Assembly: GCA_976226885.1 (NCBI GenBank)
Contig: OZ320322.1
Coordinates: 42,656,001 to 42,720,000, forward strand
Direction of reading: 5' to 3'
Source of the DNA: Iphione sp. A-MEVVRFRX5
Lineage: Eukaryota
Length of the DNA stretch: 64,000 nucleotides
Each line of letters opens with the position of its first letter. Position 1 is the first letter of the stretch. Shown here piece after piece: positions 1-11,490 of the stretch. The translations under genes and the position numbers were made by a program. Under the pieces are notes generated by a model. It was not told the DNA's origin and ran no database searches. It was given only the letters and a program-made list of their open reading frames with translations.

Positions 1-1589
1 CCTAGGCACACATCCTTAATTCCATTCCTAAGTTGACAGAGGACTTATAGAACACCTCAGGTCTGTAATTGAAGGTGTTGCTGGGTGTTGGGTAGAGCTC
101 TCATATCATTTGGGAGCAGCCTTCGAGGGACTGACGGGGCCTCATGTAGGGATGGCTTAATTCAAAACAAAGCAGGCTTATTGTCACCACCTCACAGAGA
201 GGGAGGACCTTAGCAATGCTGCTGTCTCACCTTCAAACTTCTGTCACACTGATGTGGGTTTTATACCTGACGTGGGTCTTATCACTTCAAAACTCTTCAC
301 TGAAATGAACTGATTTTGATATATGATGTTTTATTTGTGGATCATGGCATTGGTAATTTTGGTAGTAATTCAAGTATTCTGAAGGTGGAATTATGCAAAT
401 GTTCTCATTTGCTTCTATACTCACAAGTATATATACCTTCATCAGAGATTTCTAGGTCAGACAATGCACTCACACACATGTACACATACTCACCAATATT
501 GCCCCACCCCCCTTACTAGCACCACCCTGTAGCAGTCTGACCAAGGGAGGTGCAATCAAACAGGAAATGACCACTTAGGTGGGGGACAACAGACCTTGCA
601 GGTCCAAAACTCTTGTATGCCTTTATTATCACGTCCATGTGTGTATGTTTACTAGGGTAGACAATGTAATGCATATAAAATATGAAAGGTAACAGAGCTT
701 TGCTGTAGGCTTTAGTCTGCTTGTACCTCGGTAGAACTAGACTTCTCCGTGTTTGTGAGTATATTGCTTTGTGTGAGTGTGCGTGTGTGTGCGGATGTGT
801 GTACGGTAAAGGGAGGGCAGGCTTAAAACGGAGACATGGGTCTTATTTAGCTTTTCACACTTTAAGAGATGGATGCGCGGACTGAGGCCTAGAAATAGAT
901 ACACACTTCTCGATAGAAAAGACATTTTTCTTCCAGCGACCACATTGTCACAAAGGTCCATATATTCAAAGCAGACAGGGAAAAGCATCTACTTTCTTGT
1001 TTTCTTTATATACGTTCTGAAATTCATTGACTTTAGCAATATGATCAAAAAGACTGCTCGGCCTATACACACTTCTGCCCGTTAAAACTACATGGCTCTT
1101 CATCATTACGTTCAAATGTGTACAAGAAGGAGAAGAATCGGATAGGTAGTGGTGATTAAGGAATAGTTGTTAGAAATGTAGTTCAGAAGGCCGTCCTTTT
1201 TTAAGGCAACGCAACTCTGATATCCAGACTACAGGATACTTACCGGTGTTTATATGCGCAACAATTGATCTTGGAAAGGCATATAGTTCACCTAATGCCG
1301 TGCCTAGTCATAAGCCTATGTCACAAAGTAGGCGGCCTTACACTGTTTGATATATCAGGCAACTGGGGGTTCCAGAACATTTCTTTAATTGTCCCAGAGG
1401 GTTGGGTATACAATTTCATGTACCTCTCAGCACGTAACAATCATGTAGGGTCTGCTATGTATCTAAATCTGCAATCGAAAACATTCAAAACCTCAACTTT
1501 TCAGGTTTAGTTAACTACGTAGCAATCTAGCTTACGTTAAACATACCTGTAACCCAACACGAAGTAAAAATTCATTTTTTCAATTGTAC

Positions 1590-2440
1590 TGGTTGAATAC
1601 TTAAACCAATGCTGCTGTGTCACCGTTGTTGAGCCTCACAATTTTATTATTTTAATTACAGACTTTCTTATACACATTTGAAACATGTTTCTGATGTCAA
1701 TGTTTGATCTAGGATAGCCCCGAGGTACCTATAGGTTTCCACTCGTTCAATCATTTTCCCGTCTGTTTTCAGTACAGGTAAGTCTCTTACTGGGAATTTA
1801 TAACTAAATACCATTGTCTTTGTCTTTTTGACCAGTCTGAGATATTTGCTATATCCAATTCATTTTTCCCGTTGACTCCATTTTATCGCGACCATGCATG
1901 CACTGCTTACTAGCATCAGGTCATCAGCATACATGAATAATTTTCACTGTCTACACACCTCATGGACCTTGTTTTATAAATATCATGAGGAATACAGGTC
2001 CTAAGAAGGACCCCTGGGGTAACTCTCATGTTATACTTGCCTTATTTTCAGCCATTCCCTTTTGTTCTACTGCCTCTGCCGGTCAGATAGTCCCGAAACC
2101 ATTTTATGCTATGTCCAATCCCTAATTCTGAAAGACATGATGAATTAATATATTATGAATCGTAGAATCAAATGCCTTTACATAATCGATGTATGTCACT
2201 ACAACAACCCTGTCCGCGTTCAAATTATAATGTATGGCCTTTGGTGCCAAGGTAATGGCTTGTTGAGTCGCTCGCCCCTTTCTAAACCCGAATTGACTAT
2301 CGGAAAGAAACTTCCTTTCTTTAATACATTTATAAAGCTGGTTGTTAATTACCTTCTCCATCCGTTTCGAGAATCTGTTTAAAATGATTATTGGGCGATG
2401 ATTGCAAACATGCGATCGACGGTTCTTCTGTAAAACTAAA
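1590..2440 (-). mobile_element. Decayed non-LTR retrotransposon (LINE) reverse-transcriptase fragment
   Basis: ORF 2122-2361 carries QFGFRKGR and IDYVKAFDS (RT motifs). Manual translation across stops/frameshifts gives RPII..FSK upstream and WFRDYLTGR, VTQGSFLGP, MYADD and YRYLG..LD downstream. Confidence 0.88.
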
Positions 2441-5237
2441 AAACAGTCTGTAGCTAACCTTGTACGTTGTACCCCAGAATACGGCCTAAAGGGAGCCGCA
2501 TTCAGAGCATTTCACAAATTCCAACGTCGAGTGCCTATGCAAATATGGCGCTGGACAAAACAAACTACAAGTCAGATCCTGGTTATGAGTATCAACAGGC
2601 GGCATACCAAATGCTAGTATGATTAGTGGTGGAGAATACACACACGCGCACACACACACATTGCTGAGCACACCAGACAGTGTTATATCTCGAGACAACA
2701 CACGCGGATAGAAGTCCAAGAAAGCGAGTAATGGCTAATGCCTTATACGATCGTTCTTACCTGATCGCAAAATTCTCTTCTCTGAAATAATTAGGTCGTC
2801 CGAAGCAGACCCAGAGCAAAACATGAGAGCAAAAATATCACTGAATGTTAATTCCACGGACTAATATTGCCCCATAATGAGAGAAAGCAAAAGAGATAGA
2901 GAGAGAGTGTCCGCGAGTGTTACACGATTACACATTACCTCTGGGTTACCATTTTACTTTCAAAATCATCCACAGGCATCTAGTTACTCAATTCAAAAAT
3001 TAAACTGTGTGTCTGTGTATCTGTGTGTGCGCGTGAAAGTGAAGTTGGCTGGCAGAACTCATTGCACCGCTATAAGTGCAAGCAGCGCGGGAATCCAATT
3101 CTTGAGGGTCTTGTTAGTAAATTGCAGCCATGGGCCATTCTAGGTAATTCTAGAAAAGTCGGAATCCAGGTTTAAGGAAGCCAGTGCCCGAGGGATGTCT
3201 GTATGGTTTTTCAAAATCTATTGCAAGGAAGAAGACAGAAGGGAAACCTCCCCCTATACATCAATAAAGCTCTCATGAAGCTACTGTCATGCGTTCATCC
3301 CTCTCCCTTCTCGTCGGAGCTGTAAAGGTCAGCTTTCAAAAGGTGTCGCTCAATGACAGATCCGCCCAAAAGTTTGCCGTGACAAAAGCTTATTGAAAAG
3401 AGAAGGTCATCGGGGAGGAAGGGAGTCTTGTAAATGGGAGAGGAGGGTAATTGTGTCTTTTGGGTAGTGCAAGAATTATGATGATGGAGGGCCGACATTT
3501 AACAGGACGGAAGTGTTAACAACCCTTCTCAACGTGAACAAATTTCAGCGAGCATTGTTCTCATCTTTTAGCTGTTGTAGCCTCATTTATGGATCTGAAA
3601 GGTGACACAACTCTGACATGTTACAGGTGAGGGCCTCAAAATTAACTAATGCCTCGCATACGGGCCCAAAGCGTCTTAAACATTTCACTTAGACATGATT
3701 TGAAGCTTTTTAAGTGCTATTCATTGTCAGCGAATTTTCCAGGGAACAATCAGAGCATAGCTAGATAGCAAGTGTCCATATGATAATATATAAAGTATGA
3801 TATATGTTTTAAGCACATCTGAATCATCGTCCCTCTTTATGAAAAAGGTCTCAAAGGCTTTCCGTGTTATGCGCTCTGCGACCTACCAGTAGGTCCTGCA
3901 GATCAGTATTCTATTATGTAGGCTAAGATCCATTCAAACCGGTGTATGAAATGTTACTTTTCAACGAGTTTGAATTTATGTCTCCTTGCGTGCTAGCATG
4001 TCCAACTTGTACTGGAACAGCTCTACCCGTTTAATGGTCTCAGAAATCTCCCCTTTTATAAGTAGATCACTGTCTCAGAGACTCTGCTTGTATTCCATAC
4101 ATAGTTTTTTCACTCCATTTGCAAAGTAAATTTGTATACGATTGTTGCTTGTCTATTGCTTTTTGGAAATAATGTATTCTTGATTATACTGCTCTAAATA
4201 ATCTCAACAAAAAGAGCAAGTTCTTCTTTTGTGGATATCGCATCTCACATCTGAAAATTATCCAGAATACTACGACAGCGCTTACACAGTAGTACATGTA
4301 CCAAGTTATTGCTGTTAGATAAATAGGAACAAATATGGCCAAATTGAGAAGGTGTGCTATCACACAGCGCTGCGATGATATTGGAAGCTCATTTACATTA
4401 GCAATGTCTATGTTGGCTAGAATAATGAATAGATATTACATTCTCAGTGCTGAAAAAAACGCAATCGCCCTCAACACATCAGGTACCTCTTGTCAGTACA
4501 AAGCTCCACAGCAAGAAGTAGACAGTGGCCGTTGTGTCCCGGCAAAATGCTGGTGAAGCACACAAACAGATTACACTCAGTTCCAATCAGCCTCATAGGG
4601 AACCATGCCATGATTTCAGCTTTGGCAACATCAGCAAATCTTTACATAGTGTAAATTGAAAAAAGGCATTGCTTGGTCACCACCGAACAAATGATAATAG
4701 ATGCCTCACAGCACAGTTTCACGATTACAAACAGTCAGTTAAAGATTATCCTCCAACCGACTACCCTGGTCACCTTACCACAACGCCGGTATTAGCAACG
4801 TCGTTATTGTTTTACATAGTCCAAAGTGATGTCAATACTGATCGGCTAGTGGTCTATGATATAGCTGTCAAGGTAATATGGCCCGCAGCATCAAAATGTT
4901 ATGGTTGAGTCTCATGATGAAGGCAACTGGCCCCATCCTAAAGCGGAACATACTATACTGTTCCTTATCAGCAGATCACCTAACCGTAGACACTACTACC
5001 CCAACATTGGGGCAAGACCCAAGAAAGATGCTTATCGTCCACAGCTTATTGCTATAAGGCCATAGTTGACAGTTTCATTATAGCAGAACCACTGTGTGAT
5101 AACAAAAACATACCGAATCAGTAGTAATAGACCATGGAATAATTAATTGCAATGCCTTGGCGGGGGCTCGGCGAGGAAACATAAGACCAGCAGGTATGCT
5201 ACCTCTGCCTGTGGAAGTTAGGAAAAAGGTGTCCCTG

Positions 5238-6660
5238 AATCTTCAAATTCAAAATTCAAATTCAAATTAGCTTTATTTCTGAATCTCTGCAATGTTGGTA
5301 CAGAGCTCTTCTTCAGATATATTACAAACATATTTTAAAGTAAAGTCACATATTGTACTGTCCTATTGGGTGTTGTTTTTTCACCTCGGGATATCACAAT
5401 GGTGGGCAAAGTAGTATAACATACAAAGAGTGCATTTGAATGGATAAACTCTCAGTACACTTGTATGTACAATTAATTATGTTGCCGCATAATTATTTAC
5501 AGGAAGAATAAGCATTGATATACAATCAATTCAATACCATCACTGTTGACATACAATAGGTTAATACCAACACATGTTATTGCTTCAGTTTTAGGGTCTT
5601 TGGTACTATCACAGTCAGCTTATCACAGTTGAGTTGCAGTCCTACCTACATCTGTTAATATAAGCTTCATACTTTGAGCAGTAATGCTACTTGACAATCA
5701 TCATACTATCCCTAAGCTTCTTGCATACTTTTGGCACTTATGTGTGGCGGCTGAGTGAAAGCAATATTGTCGTCCCAAGACTCCTGTAACATGATACGTA
5801 TGTCAAAAAGAATAAAGCAACTATTCTTATACAGTTCTTACTTGTGGTCTCAGTTTCTGAATTGATTGAATAGTAGAACAGTAGATATATTATTTTATCT
5901 CTTTATTTTCATGATGTTAAATTTTCAGCTCTCATCCACAGCATACATTCCATACCCTGTCCGAACTTATCACACACCACATCACTTACATCTCTCATCA
6001 GTTGCTTGATGTTATCCTTCCCTGCCTCATGATATCAAATTTATCCTATATCATGATATCATGCATACACACCCTCCTACCATTAGCATTCATTCCCTCC
6101 ATATAACATCCCTGCTAGGTAGTACTTATGATTTGAATATTGTGACTCTAACCCTCAATGGAAGTCTGAGCTTCACTCGTGCTATTTTTTATGGCCTTGT
6201 CCAGATTTTGGCCCTCACAGTTTTGAAGGCCCCCTTGAATGTGAGTTTAGCATCAATGCGTTAACCCAGTAGAGCCTCCCCTACCACCTGCATTGGTTCC
6301 CCCATTATTGACAAGTCGAGATTTAGGCCTGCAGCTTTTCCCATTGGCATATGACAACACTTACTCACACTGAGGAGTAGCCCATGCCTCTCGCACCACT
6401 CTTCCATTTTTTCTATTGCTCTACAACACAGTCCATGTAATTTTAACAGGTCTGGCACCTGTACCAGTATAGTTGCATCATTTGCATATAGGACCAAGCT
6501 CACCTTCTGGAGAAAATTCTCCTCATGAGTATTTGCTACCAACGTGAACCCTAAAGGTCCAAATACTTACCCTTGGGGTACCCCAACTCTCATTTCCCTT
6601 GAGCTCGACACCTCTCCCCCGCATTCAACATACTGTGTCAGTTCGCTTAAGTAGAGCTTT
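5238..6660 (-). mobile_element. 3' part of a decayed LINE (RT remnant, 3' region, AATAAA and (TTTGAA)n tail)
   Basis: Minus strand reads GVPQG*VFGP, LYAND (degenerate YADD), EWCERHGLLLSVSKC and LDLSIMG (ORF 6261-6542). AATAAA at 5272-5277 (minus) is followed by TTTGAA-type repeats at about 5238-5268. An ORF2 linker-like NSWFTTSELR near 7080 may belong to the same element. Confidence 0.85.
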
Positions 6661-7161
6661 ACTGTAACTAAGTAGCTACTGATTCATTAATCACTTTTTG
6701 CAGTTGTCTTGAGTGCCTGAACTAAAAATAGTGAAGCAGGACTCTGTCATCTCTAAAGCAATGCACTCACTGGGACAATGTCAAATGACAGTACAGTCAG
6801 CTGGAACCTGTTCACTTCACCCGATTCTGGGCATGATCAGTGGGGATAAGCACTAGGTTTACATCCCCCCAGGGTCTGTTAACCGATGAAGCTGTCCACT
6901 TGAGGTAGTACCTATAACAGCGGTGTGATCCTAGAGGGGATACCTTTGGACCCATACACCTCACTACCATTCTTGGCTGTAGTTTCTCACAGTCGTCTCT
7001 CTCAAACCATACTGGTCTGTGGTTTCACTGTTTCAGCTCATTGTAGAGTTTGCTATACCTGAGCTCTGAGGTTGTGAACCAGGAATTCCTCCTTGGGTTA
7101 ATTTGATCTAATTCACCTAGTATGAGATTTTTGTCACTATTTTGTCAGGATCTTTCTCGAA

Positions 7162-7240
7162 TTAGAGAGGTGGACCTCCTGGTTAGAGAGGTAGATCTGA
7201 TTAGAGAGATAGACCTCCTAGTTAGAGAGATGTGACTTCT
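7162..7240. repeat. Short tandem repeat, four units of 18-21 bp beginning TTAGAGAG
   Basis: TTAGAGAG starts at 7162, 7183, 7201 and 7222. Confidence 0.8.
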
Positions 7241-9667
7241 GGCATGTCTTTTGTGTATAAGAAAAGTGGGAGAGAAATAGCCCTGTTATCGAGTAGAGAG
7301 TACTAAAATCAAGAGTACTAAAAGTACTGAATACAGAGGGGTCCCTCTGCTGCCTCTGGAGCCTCCCTGGAGCTTCAAATTCGTGTTACAACACCTTGCC
7401 CACAGGGTTCATTCATGGCTACCTTTGAAAATGATTTCTGTAACCAAACCTGGAGCCCCAAAGGGTGAGGGTGTAGGGGGGTCTGGGGGCCTTAAATCCT
7501 TCCGAAATGTGTGCAACAACACCTTGTTCACAGTGTCCATAGGTAGACGTTTTCTAAAATTAGCTGACCTGATTACAGACATCCCCTTACAATGTTTAAC
7601 TATAGGAAACAGTTTGGTTCTCTTTCAAATCGTTCGCATTTGGGATACATTCACATCCCAGACGTGTCCGTGATCAGATGTCGCACTGTATACCCGTTCA
7701 ATGTTTCTATTTACCTGGAACTAAGTGACGTATAGTCTATATCTGCTCATCTTAACCTGTCTACACCTAACCTACCGTCTATTTTTTCATTCCTGAAAAA
7801 AATTGAGTGTTCAAAGTAGGCATTTGACATCCATCAATAGCAATGGCATAGGAACAGTAGAAAAGAAGAAATCTGACACTTTTTTTCTTTTGTCTACGGT
7901 AAAGTATTCCCAACTCGACCATTCTCTAGTTTTTTCTTATAATTACCCATAATTATCAAAAACGAATCTTCCCGTCGCGTGGATCTACAGAACCTGAGAC
8001 CTTTAATTACACCCAGCAGACTTATCCTTCTCTTCACACGTATTCACGTAGACCAGAAAGTTTTAAATATAGTGATAGTGACATGGTACCGAAAGGTTGC
8101 TGATTAATTTTGCAGAAAGTTTGGTCACATTTCTTAGATTCCGTCAAGGAGTAGTCAACGTTAAATGAGACATTGCGTATTTGAACTAATTTCGCGCCAA
8201 CAAACTTCGGAAGAAAATTGCCTGCCTGCCTGCCTGCCTGTGACAGCAGCCTTTCTTACTTCACCTGCCAAGTTATGAGTTTATTGAAAATGATGTTAAT
8301 GCTCTTCTCTTGTCTACTTTTCATTTTCGTTTATGCATATATGATTTGCATTGTTGAAACAATTCTAGTGTCTATCGTTTTCTTTAGGAATGGTGAAGTA
8401 ATGTCTATGAAACTGTTTCCAGACTAATCATAGGAGTACAGGGTGAAATCTAGAGGAGTACACAGTGAATTAAAAGTGGTCACTGATTTGAACTTATGTG
8501 GCTTAACTGTCACCAGATGTGTGTTCATTATCCCATGACTGTATCCCAACTGTATTCCAGCTTCCTCTCAATGTATTCCTCAATCTAATGAGTGAGCAGA
8601 CTATCTTCATCGTGCACAGAAAGTTTGCTTCACTATTTTCAATGTTATTGCTACTTGTGTAGATTACATATCATAGATGGAGATAAGTAGATGCTGACTG
8701 CATAGCTTTTCATATTGAACACACTTCAACCATTCTTGATGGTAACTTTCACTGTAAGGGCGCTGAAGATCTCTTAGTTCAGAATATTGGAGTGTAAATA
8801 AAAAAAATTCTTGTATTTCGTAACTTTTATGTCAGACATGCAATAATCCTTGGAGAGTTGCTGAATTTTAAAAAGTCATTCTTTTCCTCAGTGTTTATCT
8901 AGGCAAGGCATTAAATAAATATATTGTTCCGTTCAGACAGTCTGCCAGCCGGGCCCTTCCATTCAGTCATTAGTACAAAAGCCATTTATTGAATTCATAC
9001 ATTCCGGTAAGGTGGCCTAGAAAGCCTCCGAATTCTTGCAGTGTGAACCTGGCCGGCTCCGGGTACATCAACTCACCACTTTATTCCCTCAGTCTGACGA
9101 CCTAGTTAACTTGCAGCATTAGTGGCTTTAGGAGAGTCGTTTGGCATGCCCTCTAATGGAAAGCCAGAATGGTTTGAACAGCTCTGGATTCTCTTGCTAA
9201 GTGTTGTTGGTGTCATTATGATTGGTTTTTCACCCGGTACATTGCTCTGTAATCCAAAGTCCAATCATCATTAAGAGAAAATTACTGCATAATGGTCCAT
9301 TCGTACTCTAAAATTGTATTTACACGTCATCTGTCGTTTCGAACAATTAATCAAAAATTGTTCACGATGAACAGCTTATTTTGTTATAATGTATCTTTGC
9401 AAAATTCTAAAAAGAGACTACTGACTACAAAAGGGAAAAAAGAAGCAGACACATATCTTAAAGCCGGAGCAACTGTTTTCTATCATATAAGTGTCACGGG
9501 GTTACAGAACTATGCAACAAGATATGAACATGTACCAAATAGAATCTGTTCGTCCATAATGTGTCTCTAATAGAGACGTATCCTCCTTGGGGACGTATGC
9601 CTAAGGTTGCTTTCTACTGTACATGTATCCTCTTGTTTATACATGCATATGTGCCTATCGATGTGCT

Positions 9668-9883
9668 TGTAATATAATCATTTAAGGCCGCTGACTCAGC
9701 TGAATCCCTTACACAGAGTTACCAATTGTTTGGCCACCTCTTATTGGATGTGTATTTATAAAACTCAAGCGCCCGACTTAGTGCAGCTATTAGCTTTATC
9801 GCCGCGAGTAGACCACTGCTTGTGGAGTGTCTTCAACAGAACTTTGTTTGGAATCGCGGCCTCACTACTCACTGGCTGACGAG
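9668..9883 (+). mobile_element. Possible short LTR followed by a Gypsy-type primer-binding-site-like motif
   Basis: TGTAATATAAT start at 9668, internal TATTTATAA, CA at 9870-9871, then TGGCTGACGAG at 9873-9883 resembling the TGGCGACGAG seen after 5' LTRs. No second LTR or gag/pol seen. Confidence 0.3.
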
Positions 9884-10149
9884 CCTCGTTAGAATGAAAG
9901 GACTAATTGAGGTGTGAATTTCTTCCAGTGAGCAGTAATGAAGGCTGACAGCTTATTGTTGGCCAAAACTTGCTGAATGTCATGGTCTTTGATTCAGATC
10001 GACAATATTTGCAAGATTAGCCAACTTCTCCGTCCCACATGTCTTCGGTCAAGGCTGCAGACGGCCTTCTACTGAAAAAAAACATCTTCACAAGAATGTC
10101 CGCTTTCTTTAAGTAAATAGATCTAGTCATTAGAAAAAGTGATTCCTTA

Positions 10150-10210
10150 AGATTGCCCTTTACACATGATGTTGGAGGAAGCTTCTGTGTTTCGGGCAAA
10201 AAAAGGTCAC
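10150..10210. mobile_element. Isolated DNA-transposon terminus (..GGTCAC followed by ATAT), same end motif as at 54106
   Basis: AAAAGGTCAC|ATAT at 10201-10214 resembles CGGGTCAC|ATAT at 54099-54110. No partner end found. Confidence 0.3.
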
Positions 10211-11247
10211 ATATATAATAGAATATTGTAATTTCCGGGACCGTCTGCGTTTCACTGAACGTAGCTCACTTAGAGGATAGAATATCAGAACAGGCTTAAG
10301 TGAAACAGACACCTGCTGCTTCCATACATTCACTTAGTCTCAGTTGACTCGAATCTGCCAACACAATTCCGCCTTCTAACTAAATTTAGTCATTCAAGCC
10401 GAACTGATTCAGTCAATTTGCTTCCGTTGATCCTTTAATAACGCTATCAATATCAAGCGTATTGACGGCAGTATTTGCACGGGCTTACCTAATATGGTTT
10501 TACCAATCTCCTCGGTAAGAGTGCTGTTTGATGTACGCCGGATACTCTGACAAAATGGACTCAGGTGAAGGGTCTTTGGGCAAAGGGCCAAACCTACAGG
10601 GCGAAGGTCATGAATCTTATGGTCAGGGTCGAAGGATCCGGGCTGGAAATCAGGAGAAGATGGAAGACCACGAAGGACAAGGAGCATCACAGATGATCTC
10701 ACCAACATGACAAAAAGGGAGCTCACTATATTCTTCATGGCAAAGGACCAAGTAGTGCACATTCAATTTCATACGCTTTTCCCCGCCAGTGACCACTGCC
10801 GCAGTTGCGTGTGCGAAAGTAACAAAAATGTATTTTCAAAAGTCTGCCTCGAAGATCAAAACATCCTCCTCAATTTTCACATGTGAGGCTATGGGTAGCT
10901 TGAACTGCGCCTAGCTGACAGTGCGCATACCTAAGTAAACTCTAAATTTGCATGAAATCGTACTTAAAATCGTGATTTTGAGTAAATGCATTTAGTAAAA
11001 TTAATAGCGTTGCAACCAATATTGAATTCCATAGATAAAATCATAGATGTTACATCTTTAGAACAACGCAGAGTTTATAAGGTATCTTAGTAAAGCTGTG
11101 AGACAGCATCTGATAGAGGCTTGCATCCAGTTCAAAGCCCCAGATGAGCTTTGCCGAACACGGGTCTAGGCCCCGTGCCCCTCTTTTTCTCAGTGGGTGT
11201 GAGAGGAAAGAGGAGAATTGGATAATGCCATCCATGTCCAGTAGCAT

Positions 11248-11490
11248 CCCAGCAAACAATGTAAGTGGCAATGTTGTGTTTTGGTAGTCGTAATATTATT
11301 GTATAATATTGTAGCAACATAAAAAGGTGAATTTTTTTTAAGTGTCTACAATATTGCAGTGAAATGTCAGGAAACAACTTTCCTAACACTATATATAACA
11401 AAGCTAAAAATTCTCACATCTCAAGGTGGGATTTGAACTCACTTTCTGAAATCCTTAGTCTAGCATCTAACCCACTGACCTATTTTGACT
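11248..11490. mobile_element. Left end of a CCCAGCAAACA-type TIR element containing a tRNA-like cassette
   Basis: CCCAGCAAACA at 11248-11258 is identical to the terminus at 41742. It is followed by AT-rich subterminal sequence and a tRNA-like module at 11420-11489. Right end not found. Confidence 0.6.
11420..11489 (-). pseudogene. tRNA-derived sequence (Pol III A/B box), not a functional tRNA
   Basis: Minus strand GTCAAAATAGGTCAGTGGGTTAGATGCTAGACTAAGGATTTCAGAAAGTGAGTTCAAATCCCACCTTGAG: A box TAGGTCAGTGG, T-arm GTGAG-TTCAAAT-CCCAC, partial acceptor stem GTCAA/TTGA, then TTTTT downstream. Stems contain mismatches. Confidence 0.75.

Noticed and set aside
3760-4280. Minus-strand coding-like frame (YFANGVKKLCMEYKQSL..)
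   Set aside because: Frequent stops and no identifiable domain.
11420-11489. Functional tRNA gene
   Set aside because: Acceptor, D and anticodon stems are mismatched; treated as a tRNA-derived cassette.
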